Shown piece by piece: positions 30,031 to 42,490 of a DNA stretch of 64,000 nucleotides (its first letter is position 1; each line of letters starts with the position of its first letter). Source of the stretch: the human T2T-CHM13v2.0 reference genome, Homo sapiens; assembly GCF_009914755.1 (NCBI RefSeq), contig NC_060940.1, one strand, 5' to 3'. The notes below the pieces were generated by a model, which saw only the letters and a program-made list of their open reading frames with translations, made no database searches and was not told the origin of the DNA. A program made the position numbers and the translations under genes.

Positions 30031-31704
30031 CCTGTTGAGCTATTTTGCTTTAAATAAAAGGTCAAGGAAATTTCCTTGGAATTAGATGTTTCCTTGGGCT
30101 TGACTGCCCTTTGTTTAGGATTTTATATTCTGCTTTCTATACAAGTTGTTACAACTCAGCACTTACCCAGTAACCTTCTCCAAGGGAAAAAATAGCAATA
30201 ATTTATTTGGCTTATATTTTTTCTAAGATCTCAAAATTACTGTTTTGCAAATATCTTCCCTGAATTTTAGAGTGTATAAAACAAGAGTATATAAAATGGA
30301 AAGAAAGCCATTGGCCCTATGAAGTCAAGGACTCTTTCCATAATAATAAAAAAATTTAAATAAAAATTTGATCATAACTTAAATTCATGGAAGAATATTT
30401 GCATTAGAATGGGTGATTTATGTTAAAATATTTCAATATCCCCTGGGCCTAAAGGCAACAAAATTATTCTTTTGTTTGTCCATTCAATTAATCATTTAGT
30501 AAACATTAAGCTCCTACACTGTACCAGGCAGGCATTTTTTTTATATAGGACTTACTTATTTATAAGCTCAAAATCACAGATGTGGGGAGCATTGTACATC
30601 CTGTTGAATCTCTCTTCCCTCTTCTTTCACAGTTTCATTCTTGAATTCTCTATTTCCATGCCAGGAGACTCTTGTACTTAGGTTTGAATTGATCTATTGA
30701 TAAGAATCTCATTACTTCTAGGGGTTCCTGAAGTTTACTAGGTTGCTATATCCACTGGTCAGTTTTCCGGGGCAAATGGACAATTCTCTCCCCAACAGAG
30801 CATGACAGAAACATGGAAGGACAACTCATTAGACAACTTTGTAAAGCTTCCCGCTGGTACTGCATTGGACTGGCAGTTCCTAGTCTGGATTCAGACAAAA
30901 GAGACTCAACCACAATTAAATAGTCACAGAAATTCCTTATGGGCTTCTGCCTGTGCACATTCAGAAGGACACTAATTAGGTGGGGACCCCTTCCATGCCA
31001 AGCTCCCCAGGCCTAGGGTTGGGGTGGGGGCTGGCTACATTGGAGGATTCTTCTCTGACTAGCAGCGGTGTTTGACCTCCTCATTGAGTCCCTAAATTGT
31101 GTTTGCCCCGCTAATAAAGCCCTAATGGTGGGAGCTGACAGACTGCCTGCCTTTCCCTATCCAGGGGACTCCACTTTCCCCCACTGTGGGTTGCAGGGCA
31201 TGAATGACCCCTTTGTCTTCATTTCAAATGTTTTGGCAGGGCTTCTAAAAACAGTGGTGAATGAAAAACCACATGGTTCTAATTGTTTTCTCTGGGATCA
31301 GACTGATTTCCTTAGGCCATCCACCACGTACACACAGTGCCTCGAGATCAACACTGCCCATAGACTTTCCAGCTAAAACCCCAAACTGTGATTTTTAAGA
31401 AGTACCAAAATATATGCAATCGTTCTAAGAAAGAACATTTTCTCTACCCAACTCTAGCAATCGTCCAGGTGAAAACATCAGGGTGTGATTTCCTTTCCAA
31501 TTAAAAGATACACTGAGCCAAGACAAGCCACCTGTTTATATCAAGGAAGGTACTAAAACCTTCAGGGGAGGGCTGCAATTTCTTGAATGAAGGAACAAAT
31601 GAATAAACAATACATGGAGAAGAAGGAAAGGGGGTGGAGGAAAGTGTTCAACCCTAAACTGTGCAAATACTGGTTTGATGTTCACTTTGTCCCAGGCACT
31701 AGGT

Positions 31705-31948
31705 TAGGATTTTTCAACTATTAACAGTTTGGATCAGATAATTATTTGTGTAGGGAGGGTCTTTCCTCTGCATTGTGGGGTGTTTAATAGCATCTCTGCC
31801 TCTACCACTAGATGCCAGTACCAACACCCCACCCCCAGCTATGACAATCAAATATGTGTCAGATCTTGCCAAATGTCCACTGTGTGTTGGGGGTGAGATG
31901 GGGAGCCGGGGGAAGGGGCAGAATTCATCCCCATTTGAGAGTTACTGA
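31705..31948. mobile_element. MER20 hAT-Charlie DNA transposon
   Basis: TTTGGATCAGATAATT...GCATTGTGGGGTGTTTAATAGCATC...CCACTAGATGCCAGTA...GACAATCAAATATGTGTCAGA..TTGCCAAATGTCC. Confidence 0.85.
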
Positions 31949-31999
31949 ACTAGATAATTCAAAAACACAAGAATTGCAGAAACACTAAGTGAGAGTTGG

Positions 32000-32190
32000 C
32001 TCAAGAGTCGGCAGCTGGGTAGGAATCCCATCTTTGCCTCTTACTAACTCTGTGACTTTGGGCTTAATACCCATCCTCCCTAAACCTTCAAATCTACTCC
32101 ATAAAGTCTAGAGGATTAAATGAGAGGCCCCATGTAAAGTGCTTAGTACAGAGCCAGATACCCAGTGAGCTGGGCACACAATCAACGTTA
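32000..32190 (+). mobile_element. MIR SINE
   Basis: GAATCCCATCTTTGCCTCTTACTAACTCTGTGACTTTGGGC...GAGGATTAAATGAG...ATGTAAAGTGCTTAG. Confidence 0.75.
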
Positions 32191-34023
32191 ACTGGCATCA
32201 ACATCATCCTCATGGTATTTCTGCAACTTGACACAACAGCAGTCCTCTTCTCTGAGCATAACAGCAGTCCTCTTCTCATGCATCTGCTGAGCCCATTGGG
32301 TGCTGTTATGTCCACCATCAATTCTAGAGTTTCCAGCCTCCACATTTCAGGCCCAAGAACAGCGGGAAATGAGGACTCTGGCATCACCCATGACCCCTTG
32401 ACTCCCTCCTGGGGTACACACATGCCAGGGGTTGAGAAAGAAAGATGTTTCCCATGGAAGAAAAGGCTGCTGACATTTTCACAAGCACATTTGACAGGGC
32501 TTTGACCAGCCAGGGCCAAAGGTCGGATTCCTGGCTTTCACATTTGCCTTTCTCCAAAAGGAAAAGAAAGCCCCATGGTGCTAACGGATATCTTCGGCCT
32601 CTGGTTACAGCCTGGGATGAATGAGCTGCCCCAGCAACCTGGTTTTTGCAAAGGTTCCCACACATCACATGGTCAGTCACTTCCACCAACAGTCCCCCAA
32701 TCAGCCTGACCCAAGATCCAGACCTGCTTCTCTTCAGCCTGTAGCCACTCCATCTGCTTTCCATCAGCTCCTCTCCATCCTCACCTTTGTGTTCTGTTTA
32801 AGTCTCTCTCTGGCTCCCTGGATTGGAGATTTGAAGCACCGTCCTCTCTACCTCTTATCTCCAGGGCATCCTCCAAACCACCAAGTCATATTATTTTTCT
32901 AAACTGCAACTGTGACTGTCACTCCCTTGTTTAAAAACTTTCAGTAGCTCACCATTTCTTTTGAACTAAAGTCTTCAGTTAGCTATACAAGCACCTGAAT
33001 GCCCATGCCTACCTCCCTTCATCTCTCAAGAAGTGCTTCCCTTCTCACTCCCACTTACTGCCTGAACAGCAGGTAAACCAAGCCCCATGCCATTCCCTGA
33101 AAATGTCCTACTCCTTTTCCAAGCTGATTCATTCCCTCAGCAGTACAGATAGAGTGCAGGGCCAATGACATCATCAAGAACTAACTGAAGTATTTAAGGC
33201 CGGAAAACACAGATGTATTGGATAATATATTTGAGAAGAAAACTGTGAAATCAAAATGAATAAACATTTCATTAAACAGTCACAAAACAATACGCTCTAA
33301 CTAGTCAACTGTAATTCAACTCGTGATGCTATATAAATATAATAAACATTAAATTAAATAATATAAATTGTTTTGACACAATTGAAACTTAAAATTTTAA
33401 TGTGAGATGTGCTATGTATGTATTTATATTCGGTTTAAAATGAGATGGGGCTTCAAGATGAAGAGGTTTTAAGTGTTTCTTGCAATCCTGGATCTTTGAG
33501 CACATTCTTTCTCTGTAGCATGTGTTTTCCAGTCTCTCCATCTGGAAAACTGTTTCTAATTCTTCAAAATTAACTTAGATGTTGCCTCCTGTAAGCAGCT
33601 TCTCTGAGGTCTGTTCCACATGGCCAGCCTTCTCTCTGTGGTCTCTGTGCTCCATCTCAACACCTCTCATACTATGTCAGTCTGTATCTCTCACCAGACT
33701 TTGGGGGTTAATGATGGAGAAGACTGTGTCTTATTCACCTTAAAACAGCTCCCTACTGCCTGGAACTTAGCATAAAATGAATAATTGATTACTGATGACA
33801 ATAACCACTACAACAATTACAATGTTGTAATTTGGGCACCCTCCAATGGCAGACCAACCAAGAACCTCAAGAGAGAAGTGTACTTTCTTACTTTGCTGTG
33901 GCCACATTAGGGTACCCTCTGCTCTGAGTGTGGGTCAGGTCATGGCATGACAGGCTAGCCATTAGCTGGACAGGTGAGTCATCGATCATCAGAATGACCA
34001 CCTTTCCTTCTCCAGACCACCAC

Positions 34024-34082
34024 ATGGAAATAAATGAGACAGGCCTGTCTCGGAATGGAAATAAATGAGACAGGCCTGTCTC
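34024..34082. repeat. Near-tandem 28-bp direct duplication, each copy ending in a 16-bp palindrome
   Basis: ATGGAAATAAATGAGACAGGCCTGTCTC at 34024-34051 and 34055-34082. Confidence 0.9.
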
Positions 34083-34479
34083 AGACATGGCTGCTCTCAA
34101 CAACTAGTACCTCCAGGACCTGACATAACCAACAAAGCAAGATTCCGAGGGGTTCCTCGGGCTTGGAACAAGGAACCAGTTATACTAGGGTCTCAGTGCA
34201 AATGAATGGCTTTTGTGGCTGAAGAAAAGTGGAAGGTGAAACGCTGAGCACTTCAGACATTCTATGTCCACCATGGCAAGCATTCTTGGCTACAGTCCCT
34301 AAGGGGACCACAAAAATTTCACAACATGCTGTTTATTTCTTCTCTTTCAGGGATTCTTGGGGGTGGGGTAGGAGGCAGAAGAAGCATGTTTTTGGTTCAT
34401 GAACCAGATGCTTTATTTATCATTGCTCAGAAAAACTGAGGGAAACAAAAAGAATCAGGGTAGTAAGGGGAAAATTACC

Positions 34480-34620
34480 TTTGGTGTGAGCCAGGCTTGG
34501 GTTGGAATCCTAGCTCTGCCACTTATAAGTGGTGCGATTTGAGGAAATATCATGTAACTTCGCTGAGCCTCAATTTCCTCTTTCATTAACTGGCTGTAAC
34601 ACATACCTTGAAGATTTGAT
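34480..34620 (+). mobile_element. MIR SINE
   Basis: GGGTTGGAATCCTAGCTCTGCCACTTA...CTTCGCTGAGCCTCAATTTCCTC. Confidence 0.7.
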
Positions 34621-35470
34621 ATGATTTCTGCAGTTCATACATTTAATGGCAACCATGAGAACATCTTCATCATTCATGTTCAATAGTCAGTGCTGTTGTA
34701 GATCATATGTTGTAGGTTACATGGGTGATCATATGTTCATGTCATATGTAGATCATGTGTTGTAGATCATATGTGTGAGAGTGATCCTGGCCCCATCACC
34801 ACCACCACTACCCCTATGTCCCTCATTCCTTCCCCTATAATTGATTTTCCATCTTTGGAAGCAAAATAATAAGAGAAAATAGGGCATTCCTGAGGAAGCC
34901 TGTTCTTAGAGTCCCTGCTTTGAAGCACACCATGGCAATGGGCCACACTGCAAATTTGGGGAATAAATTTCATTTTGAGTCTTCCACCAGTTGTCTGAAG
35001 ACAACAACCACTCATGCAAGAAAGGCTTCCAGAGAGAGTGGGACATCAGGGAGAGCCCTGGAGTAGTAGTTTAGTTACAATTTCAAATGTACCATCTACC
35101 CATTGGAATATTGCTATTATTGGGAAATAATAGCAATAGTGTGTTGGTACAGTTTTAGAGAGTTGCACTATTTACAAAGTGCTTTAACGAACAGCACAGA
35201 AAGTGACTTTAACAGGTGTAGCACTTGGCCTCGAGGTATACCAGTTGTATTGGCCTATGGAATTCCACTTTAACTTTTTAGTAACTTGAAGAGGAGTGGT
35301 GGCATCTATCATTATCCTTGTTTTATGTATGGGGAATTTTAACCACAGAGAGTTTAAGTGATGAGGTCACACAGCCAATAAAATCACTGAGTGAGGATTT
35401 GAACCCCAAGATCTGGTTGATTTCAAAATTGATATTCTACCCCCAAAGGACTCCCTTAGCCTTAGAAGTA

Positions 35471-35670
35471 TGGTTATCAGAGATAGTAAATAAAAATGCA
35501 TAATACCCAGTAAAATTTGCATTTCAGATAAGCAACAAATAATTTTACTATCAGTACTCCCCGTATATTTTTAGCATAAGTATAGCCCAAATATCACTTA
35601 TACTTTTAAAATATCTATCTATCTTAAATGTTAATTTAACTAGCCATCTTGCATTTTATCTGACAACCCT
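35471..35670. mobile_element. MER53 palindromic MITE
   Basis: CCCAGTAAAATTTGCATTTCAGATAAGCAAC...TTTAGCATAAGTAT...TTTTATCTGACAACCCT. Confidence 0.75.
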
Positions 35671-36599
35671 TCTTAGGAAGTTCGTGTCACATGAGCACGT
35701 AAGAGGTGGTATGTCAGGGCTTTTCCAGAGACACCTGAGGTGGTGCTCGTGGAAATGTGCCATTCATAAATGTAAGCATTCTCTTTACTATTGAAAGATT
35801 TTTAGAGAAACATAGGCAAAGGAAAGCTCCAGAGATGATTTAGGATGTGTTTTCTACATGAATATGATATGGGTCTAGGTGTGCAGAGTGAGAAATCCAA
35901 ATCAAAATTGACAGCAGGCAGACAACCTCGACTGGGTAAACTCAGGGTCACTAAGCCAATTTCACCCTGAACTCTCACAGGTCTCACTTGGAAGCCATAG
36001 CAAGTTGCTGACCTAGAAGCTGATGTTTACTGAAACCCACCTGTAGGGCAGCACCGTGCTGGCACTTTATGGCATCTCATTCCGTCTCCTGGCATTGCTG
36101 TGAGGTGGGCATGATCACCTCACTTACTGAGTGAGAGATTGGGATGGAGAAGTCAAGGCCATGGCTCATTACTGGTAGAGCTGACTTTGACACAGGTCTG
36201 TTTGAACCCTATCTACACGCAGCATCATATATATGGTTCATGGAAAGCCAGGGAGCCACAGTCTGATGCCTGAGATTTTGTAGGTATATATTGAGTGTCC
36301 CAAGTAACACAGTTTAAATTGTTCCTTCTACAGTCATTCTACCTGAATAGTCTCCTGTCTACTCATCTGCACCTTTTTTGACTCATCACTCAAGGCCCAT
36401 GTCATCCCTCTCTGACATTTCTGCAAATTTTTGGACCATTGATGCTTTCCATAATACATGAACCCCTCCTCTACACCTCAAATCACTCTCTGGCTTGGCT
36501 TCCAATGGCCTTCAGATTTGACCTCTTACTGCAGGAACTGGGCACTTCATCTCCCATTGTGTGCACAATGCCTGCTACCACTCTTACAGAGTGGTATGC

Positions 36600-36830
36600 C
36601 ACATAGCACAGTGGCTAAGAACACAGTCCATGGCTCCACCACTAACTGTGAAGGCTTGGATAAATTACATAGCACTACATGTCTTGGTTTCCTTGTCTTT
36701 AGATACAGATAATAATAACACCTACCTTAAGGGGTTGTTGTAAGGATGGATTGAATTAATGTTCATAAGTCACTTAGGACAGTGCTTGGCACACAGGAAA
36801 TGTATCATTCATTTTATGTTATTACTATTA
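36600..36830 (+). mobile_element. MIR SINE
   Basis: CATAGCACAGTGGCTAAGAACACAG...GATAATAATAACACCTACC...GTTGTTGTAAGGAT...CAGTGCTTGGCACACAG. Confidence 0.75.
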
Positions 36831-38011
36831 CTAATGATGAGATCTATCATGATTTGAACTTTTCATAGGTGTTGAGCACGGAGCTGAACAGCTCACATGC
36901 TATTCTCACAACAACCCCGAAGGCAGATACAACTGCCATTCACACAGTTAGTAAATCATAGTGAAGAGGCAAAACTCATCTGAACATGGAGCCTATACTT
37001 TCAATCCCAGCTCTTCTGTTCTCTCATATTTCTCTCTCAATCTCTTATAGATTCTTGAAGGTGCTTCAAAATCATGGCTGACTTGAACTACATATTTTCT
37101 CTATCAACACATAAAGAGACATAAACATTTTTGCCTCCCCAGAATCGAATGCTCCCAAATCAAAGCCTTCTTTGTGTATATGAGCAAGGAGATGAAATTG
37201 AACAGCAGGGGGTTAATAAGAGCAGTCAAGTATGGGCTTACAGGTTAGCCAGCCTAATCTACAACCTGAGAGCTACCTTTGTCGCACAATGACGTCACAG
37301 CTCCAGGTCTCAGATTCCTTCTTGAACCATAAAAATATCAATCTTTTCTTTCTTTTATTCTTTAAAATAATACATCTTAAAAAGTTAAAATATTATTTAA
37401 CTAACCCCAGGTTGGGGCAGGTGTTGGGGATAAAAATCAAAGCACATCTTTATGGATGTGGACCATGCAATGTAGCACCTATCAATGCCCGCATCCCAGG
37501 TGGCCCTCGGAGCACATTGCACCCAGCAAATCACTGATCTCGAGCAAACCACCCTTCCGATGACTGTGTAGTCACTAGAGATGTCTGCCTCCACCTCCAG
37601 CCTGTCAAAGACCTCAGAGAGATAACTTTGTTAATGAATAGGAAGGAACCCTTTCTAAAACCCCTGAGTGGAATATGTCTTGTCTATAGATGAACAAATG
37701 AAATGAAACACTCCAGTCTGGGACCCACAGTGACAGCTTCAAAAAGATATTAAATCTTCACAGACCAACCAAGAGAAAATCAAAGTTTATGGAAAATTTC
37801 ACATGGCATTGGTAGATAAGACATGTGATGTAGAATCCATCTCAGGATACATCCAAGGATACCATGTGATAACTGTTTGTCTGTGGGCAAGCTTCTCAAC
37901 TCCCCTGAACCTTCATGTCCACATCTATGAGTTTGTGAAAGTTGTCCTTCAAATTGGTATGGGCTCGAAATGAAGTCACAGATGTCAAAGCACCTGGTAT
38001 GTCTAATTCCT

Positions 38012-38085
38012 ACTAATCATATTATTTTATAAGAGCACGATTTCCCAAACTAATCATATTATTTTGTAAGGGCACGATTTCCCAA
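38012..38085. repeat. 37-bp tandem duplication (2 mismatches)
   Basis: ACTAATCATATTATTTTATAAGAGCACGATTTCCCAA followed by ACTAATCATATTATTTTGTAAGGGCACGATTTCCCAA. Confidence 0.9.
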
Positions 38086-40363
38086 GTGTCAATTTTACCT
38101 TTATTCATAGCACACATATTTCTGATTTGGGAAAATAATAATGTTTTTATCAAACCAGTAACTACTGTGACCATTGAAATTCAAAGAGTCTCATCCCTTG
38201 CTATTTAATGGCACTGATTTGCTGGGTTTTCCCTTCTCATCCACCCAGAGTTCAGTTATCTGAGTGAAAAGACCAAACTAGAGCTATAAAAATATCATTA
38301 CATTGCTGCAGCAAGTTCTCAAACTCAGACAGTTATAACCTGATGCAGGGCATTCCAATTTTAACTATCTACTGCTGTTTTTATTTCATAAAGACACTAA
38401 AAACATCCTGCACTGCTTTTATACACATCACTACTTTTATGGCTTTTGTGTCATAACAAAAGGCAGTTCATTGGAAGCTAAGGATTTTTTTTTCCAGCAG
38501 AATAAATAGCCAACTTGGAATAAGACATTTCTGTCTAGTCTCTCTGCCTTCTAACTCAGGCCCATTCAATCAGTCCACATTCCTCCATGCTGCCAAACTG
38601 TGCTTCCCAAAAAGTGATTTATAAGATATTGCCCTACTCTACCTTCAAAGGCCCCCAATTACCTTGATTGGAAGGCCCTACATCCTTAGCCTGGCATTTA
38701 AACATGCCTGATATCTAGCCTCACAAAGAAGCCACCTAAAACACAAAAAAACACTGAGTTTGTGGTTTACCTTCTTGATTTTATGTACAATAAGCTGCCT
38801 CCACAATTTCTGGTAAGCCCCTCTGCCTTACTTCTTTCCATAAGTTTAATTCCTACTTATTAATAAAAACTTAGATTTCTACATAATTTTTCTAGGAAGT
38901 TTTCCCTGGGATTTCTCCCTTTCCTCATCGTTAGCAGAACACTGCTTCCTCTCTTATTTCAACACAACAATACTCTGCCCAGTCACATGGCTTTCACTGT
39001 TGCCTTATCACCTCTCCACAACTAAATCCAAATTTCCCTTCGATTCGATTCTTTATCCTGTACTGTGACTACGGGGAATGCCAGGTAATGATGCATAAGA
39101 AAAGGAACAATTCTAAGAGGAAACTAAGCAGATTCCTTAATTTACCAAGGGTAAGTGACCTAGCCACAGTCACATGAAGTTCATGGCAGATTATCTGGAA
39201 CTCACTACAGTGCACTTTCCAGAAATGAGGGAGGGAGTGCAAGAGGAAGAGGCGGAGGGATGGATGGTTGGATACACACATGCATGCATTCTAAGGGAAT
39301 ATCTGTCAAACTCTTGACTCAAGGAGAAGAGGATGCCTTCCTCTGAAGAGAGAATAAATAAAACACTCTGATGAACAGGAAGATGACACCTCTGTGTCTA
39401 GTTAGTAGAGTTGGAAGTTCCTCTCTAGCCCCAACCAGATTCAGCAAAAGATAACCCACTGAGATATTGGTGGCAGAGCAGCCAAGCAGGTGCTATGGGA
39501 AAGACTGTAGGTTTGTGGGCAACACTAGAACTAACCGGTATAAAGTGATGCTTTTAATCAAGGACCTGGACTCTCCCACATGTCTTCTTCCCTAGCTAAT
39601 GTTTTCCCTCCCACTTCAAGGTCTTGACTATTCAGATCCCCAAACCCCTTCATTAATACAGTCAGCTCCAAGCACTGAGATGTGATTAGTGATTTATACT
39701 ATGTTGTGGCCATTAGCTACTAATGTACACAGCTCTGGAGCATCTCAGAAAAGGACCCATCTAGGCATTTCTCACATGGACAGATCACCTAGTAGGTGAC
39801 TAGACAGACTCTGATAATAAATATCTAGGAAGCCTTTGTAATGTTCAGACAATTCTGATTCCTATAAAGTTCCTTGTCTAGTAAGTTCAGTTGCTTCACC
39901 CAGTCTGTGTCAGCAAACAGCTGTTGATGTTGGACAGTGTGGTTGACATAATGTCATTTACCAAGATTATGGCAAAGGCACAGTGCCTTGTCCTCAAGGC
40001 ACTTTCAGTCTAGGTAAAATCTCACTCTATGGAATCTCCCTATTAAGTCTTGAATCTAAATGAACATTTTGATTATCATTGAATAATCATCCCTACAGGA
40101 ATTTGAAAAACAATCCTTTCCTTCTCCATCAGCATCTTTCTTGGTAACCATCACAGAGCTCCAATTCTTGTGAATACACCATTGTCTGAGTTCTTCTACA
40201 CCCCTGGTCACCTCCAGTCTTTAGTTGCCTCTCTCTCTTTGCAGTATCTGAGCCATAAACAAAATAAAGGGAACTCAGCCCTTGAGTTCTATTAATATCA
40301 GCCCATGATATCAATAGAAACTCTCCAATCCAATGATCACACAGTAGGGTAGGTGAATTAGAA

Positions 40364-40409
40364 CCAAAGCCAGATCAGTAATTCTCAATGATTACTGATC
40401 TGGCTTTGG
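40364..40409. repeat. Perfect 19-bp inverted repeat with 8-nt loop
   Basis: CCAAAGCCAGATCAGTAAT-TCTCAATG-ATTACTGATCTGGCTTTGG. Confidence 0.9.
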
Positions 40410-41829
40410 GAGAAAGCCAGAACATAGGAATTCTCAGTAATTCTCTGTAGTATCAACAAAGTCACCATTAACCTGGAAACCCTGAAATCCCTTGGTGGGT
40501 GGCCATCTGTCTGCAAGATAGCCTGTTACTGAGTGGAGCATCTTGAGGTGTCCTTGACCTGAGCCTTGAAGTCTCGCAACATTCATCCTCAAAATTTCAC
40601 ATATGCTCACCTGGCTTAGCTTATTCTAAAAAATCTCAGAATTTTCAAAGCTTCCCCATAGGGTCTTTGATATAGCTGAGTTGTCTGGAGGAGTCCAAAT
40701 ACAGGGCTCTTCCAACATCACATCCCTGTATTCCTGTAATAGGTAACTGTAGCCTTTAACAGGAAAATGTAATAATTTTCAGCCTCATGCTTGTCTTCTT
40801 GCATTCTGCACATGGAGACAAAAACTGTTTTACAGGAGATTAAAATAAGACAAAGGCTGGAGAAGGGTCTGTGTGTGCTTACCTATTAACCATATTAGGA
40901 GTCAAAATGATTCATGCCTCCAACAGATTCTACTCTGTCTGGCTCTGAGCTTGGTTATGTAGTACCAAGATGAATAAGGTTCTTTTTAAGAGATATGATC
41001 TAAGAAGCCTGTGAGTGCAGTTATGCAGGCCCCTGTTTAAGAAAAGCCATGGCACTCCTATGTAAATCTCAGAGAGGAAATGTCTAGAAGGCCCTGGTAT
41101 TCTTGAGGCTCACTTTGCCTTGGGATTTCTCATGCCAATGCTTCTACCACCATCAAATTGTCCCCAGTAAGTCCTGTGATGCCTGCAGCATAGACACTGG
41201 CTTCTTCTCTTCATGTGATGCCAGTAAAAGAAAGATGAATTGTTGAGGCAAAATTTTATTAAAGATCCATAATTAACAAGAAGGAAACAAGAAAACCAAA
41301 TCATCATAGCTTAAAACTTAAGCTCTGTAGTCAGGCGGATTTAGGGTGTGAATTTTGGCTTGGCCAACTTCTATTTCTGTGATCTTGGGCAAGTCAACCT
41401 TTCTTTGACAAACTTCACATGAAAACTAAGAATTGTAGTACTATCACATTGAGCTGTTGTAAGAATTCAGTGGGAACAATAGAATAAGCTATACGCTAGG
41501 ATAATTATCTATTACTAAACACTGTATAGAACAAGAGTCATCTGGCCTACATGTGAGGCCGGCCCTTCAAGCTTCTCCAGGACCCAATGACCCTCTCTTT
41601 CCGTGGTTTAGACTCTTTTCAGGCTGTAGGTATCATCCAAGCACCAAACACTCAGCAACACACCTCGAAATCCAGACCCGAAAAAGAGTGACACTCTTGC
41701 CCTTCTCGTCTCTTAAAATGCAAACTTTATTTGCTTCACATTTTTCCTCCAAAGTATTAAACATATGGTATTTCATCTGTCTCCATAAAATTTTAAAGCA
41801 GATACAGATGTTCTTCTCGGCTAAATGTT

Positions 41830-42080
41830 GGATTTAGAGTCAAAAGACCTGGTTGTGAATACTGCCTCCCCCACTTGTTAGCACTGGAATCTGAATCAAC
41901 TGGCTTCATCTCTCTGAGCCTTGGTGTTCCTATCTGCAATGGAATAACAATGATATGATGGTAGGGGGGTGCAATGACAATAGCGACAATGATGAAAACA
42001 GGACGTCTACCTCACAAGCTTGTTAGGGGACTTTTAGGAGCTATGATGTGATAATGGTTGCAATGTTTAAACAATACAAT
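41830..42080 (+). mobile_element. MIR SINE
   Basis: TTTAGAGTCAAAAGACCTGG...CTCTCTGAGCCTTGGTGTTCCTATCTGCAATGG...TACCTCACAAGCTTGTT. Confidence 0.7.
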
Positions 42081-42174
42081 TTCCTGTTCATCTTATTATT
42101 TATGATTTGGGAACAAAAGCTCATGGAGTGCAGAAGTGACTAAAGGTCACACAATTAACCTGTGCTGGTCATAG

Positions 42175-42490
<316 letters not shown>

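Noticed and set aside
33140-33480. AT-rich segment resembling a hAT-Tip100-type transposon interior
   Set aside because: I could not identify terminal repeats or a family with confidence.
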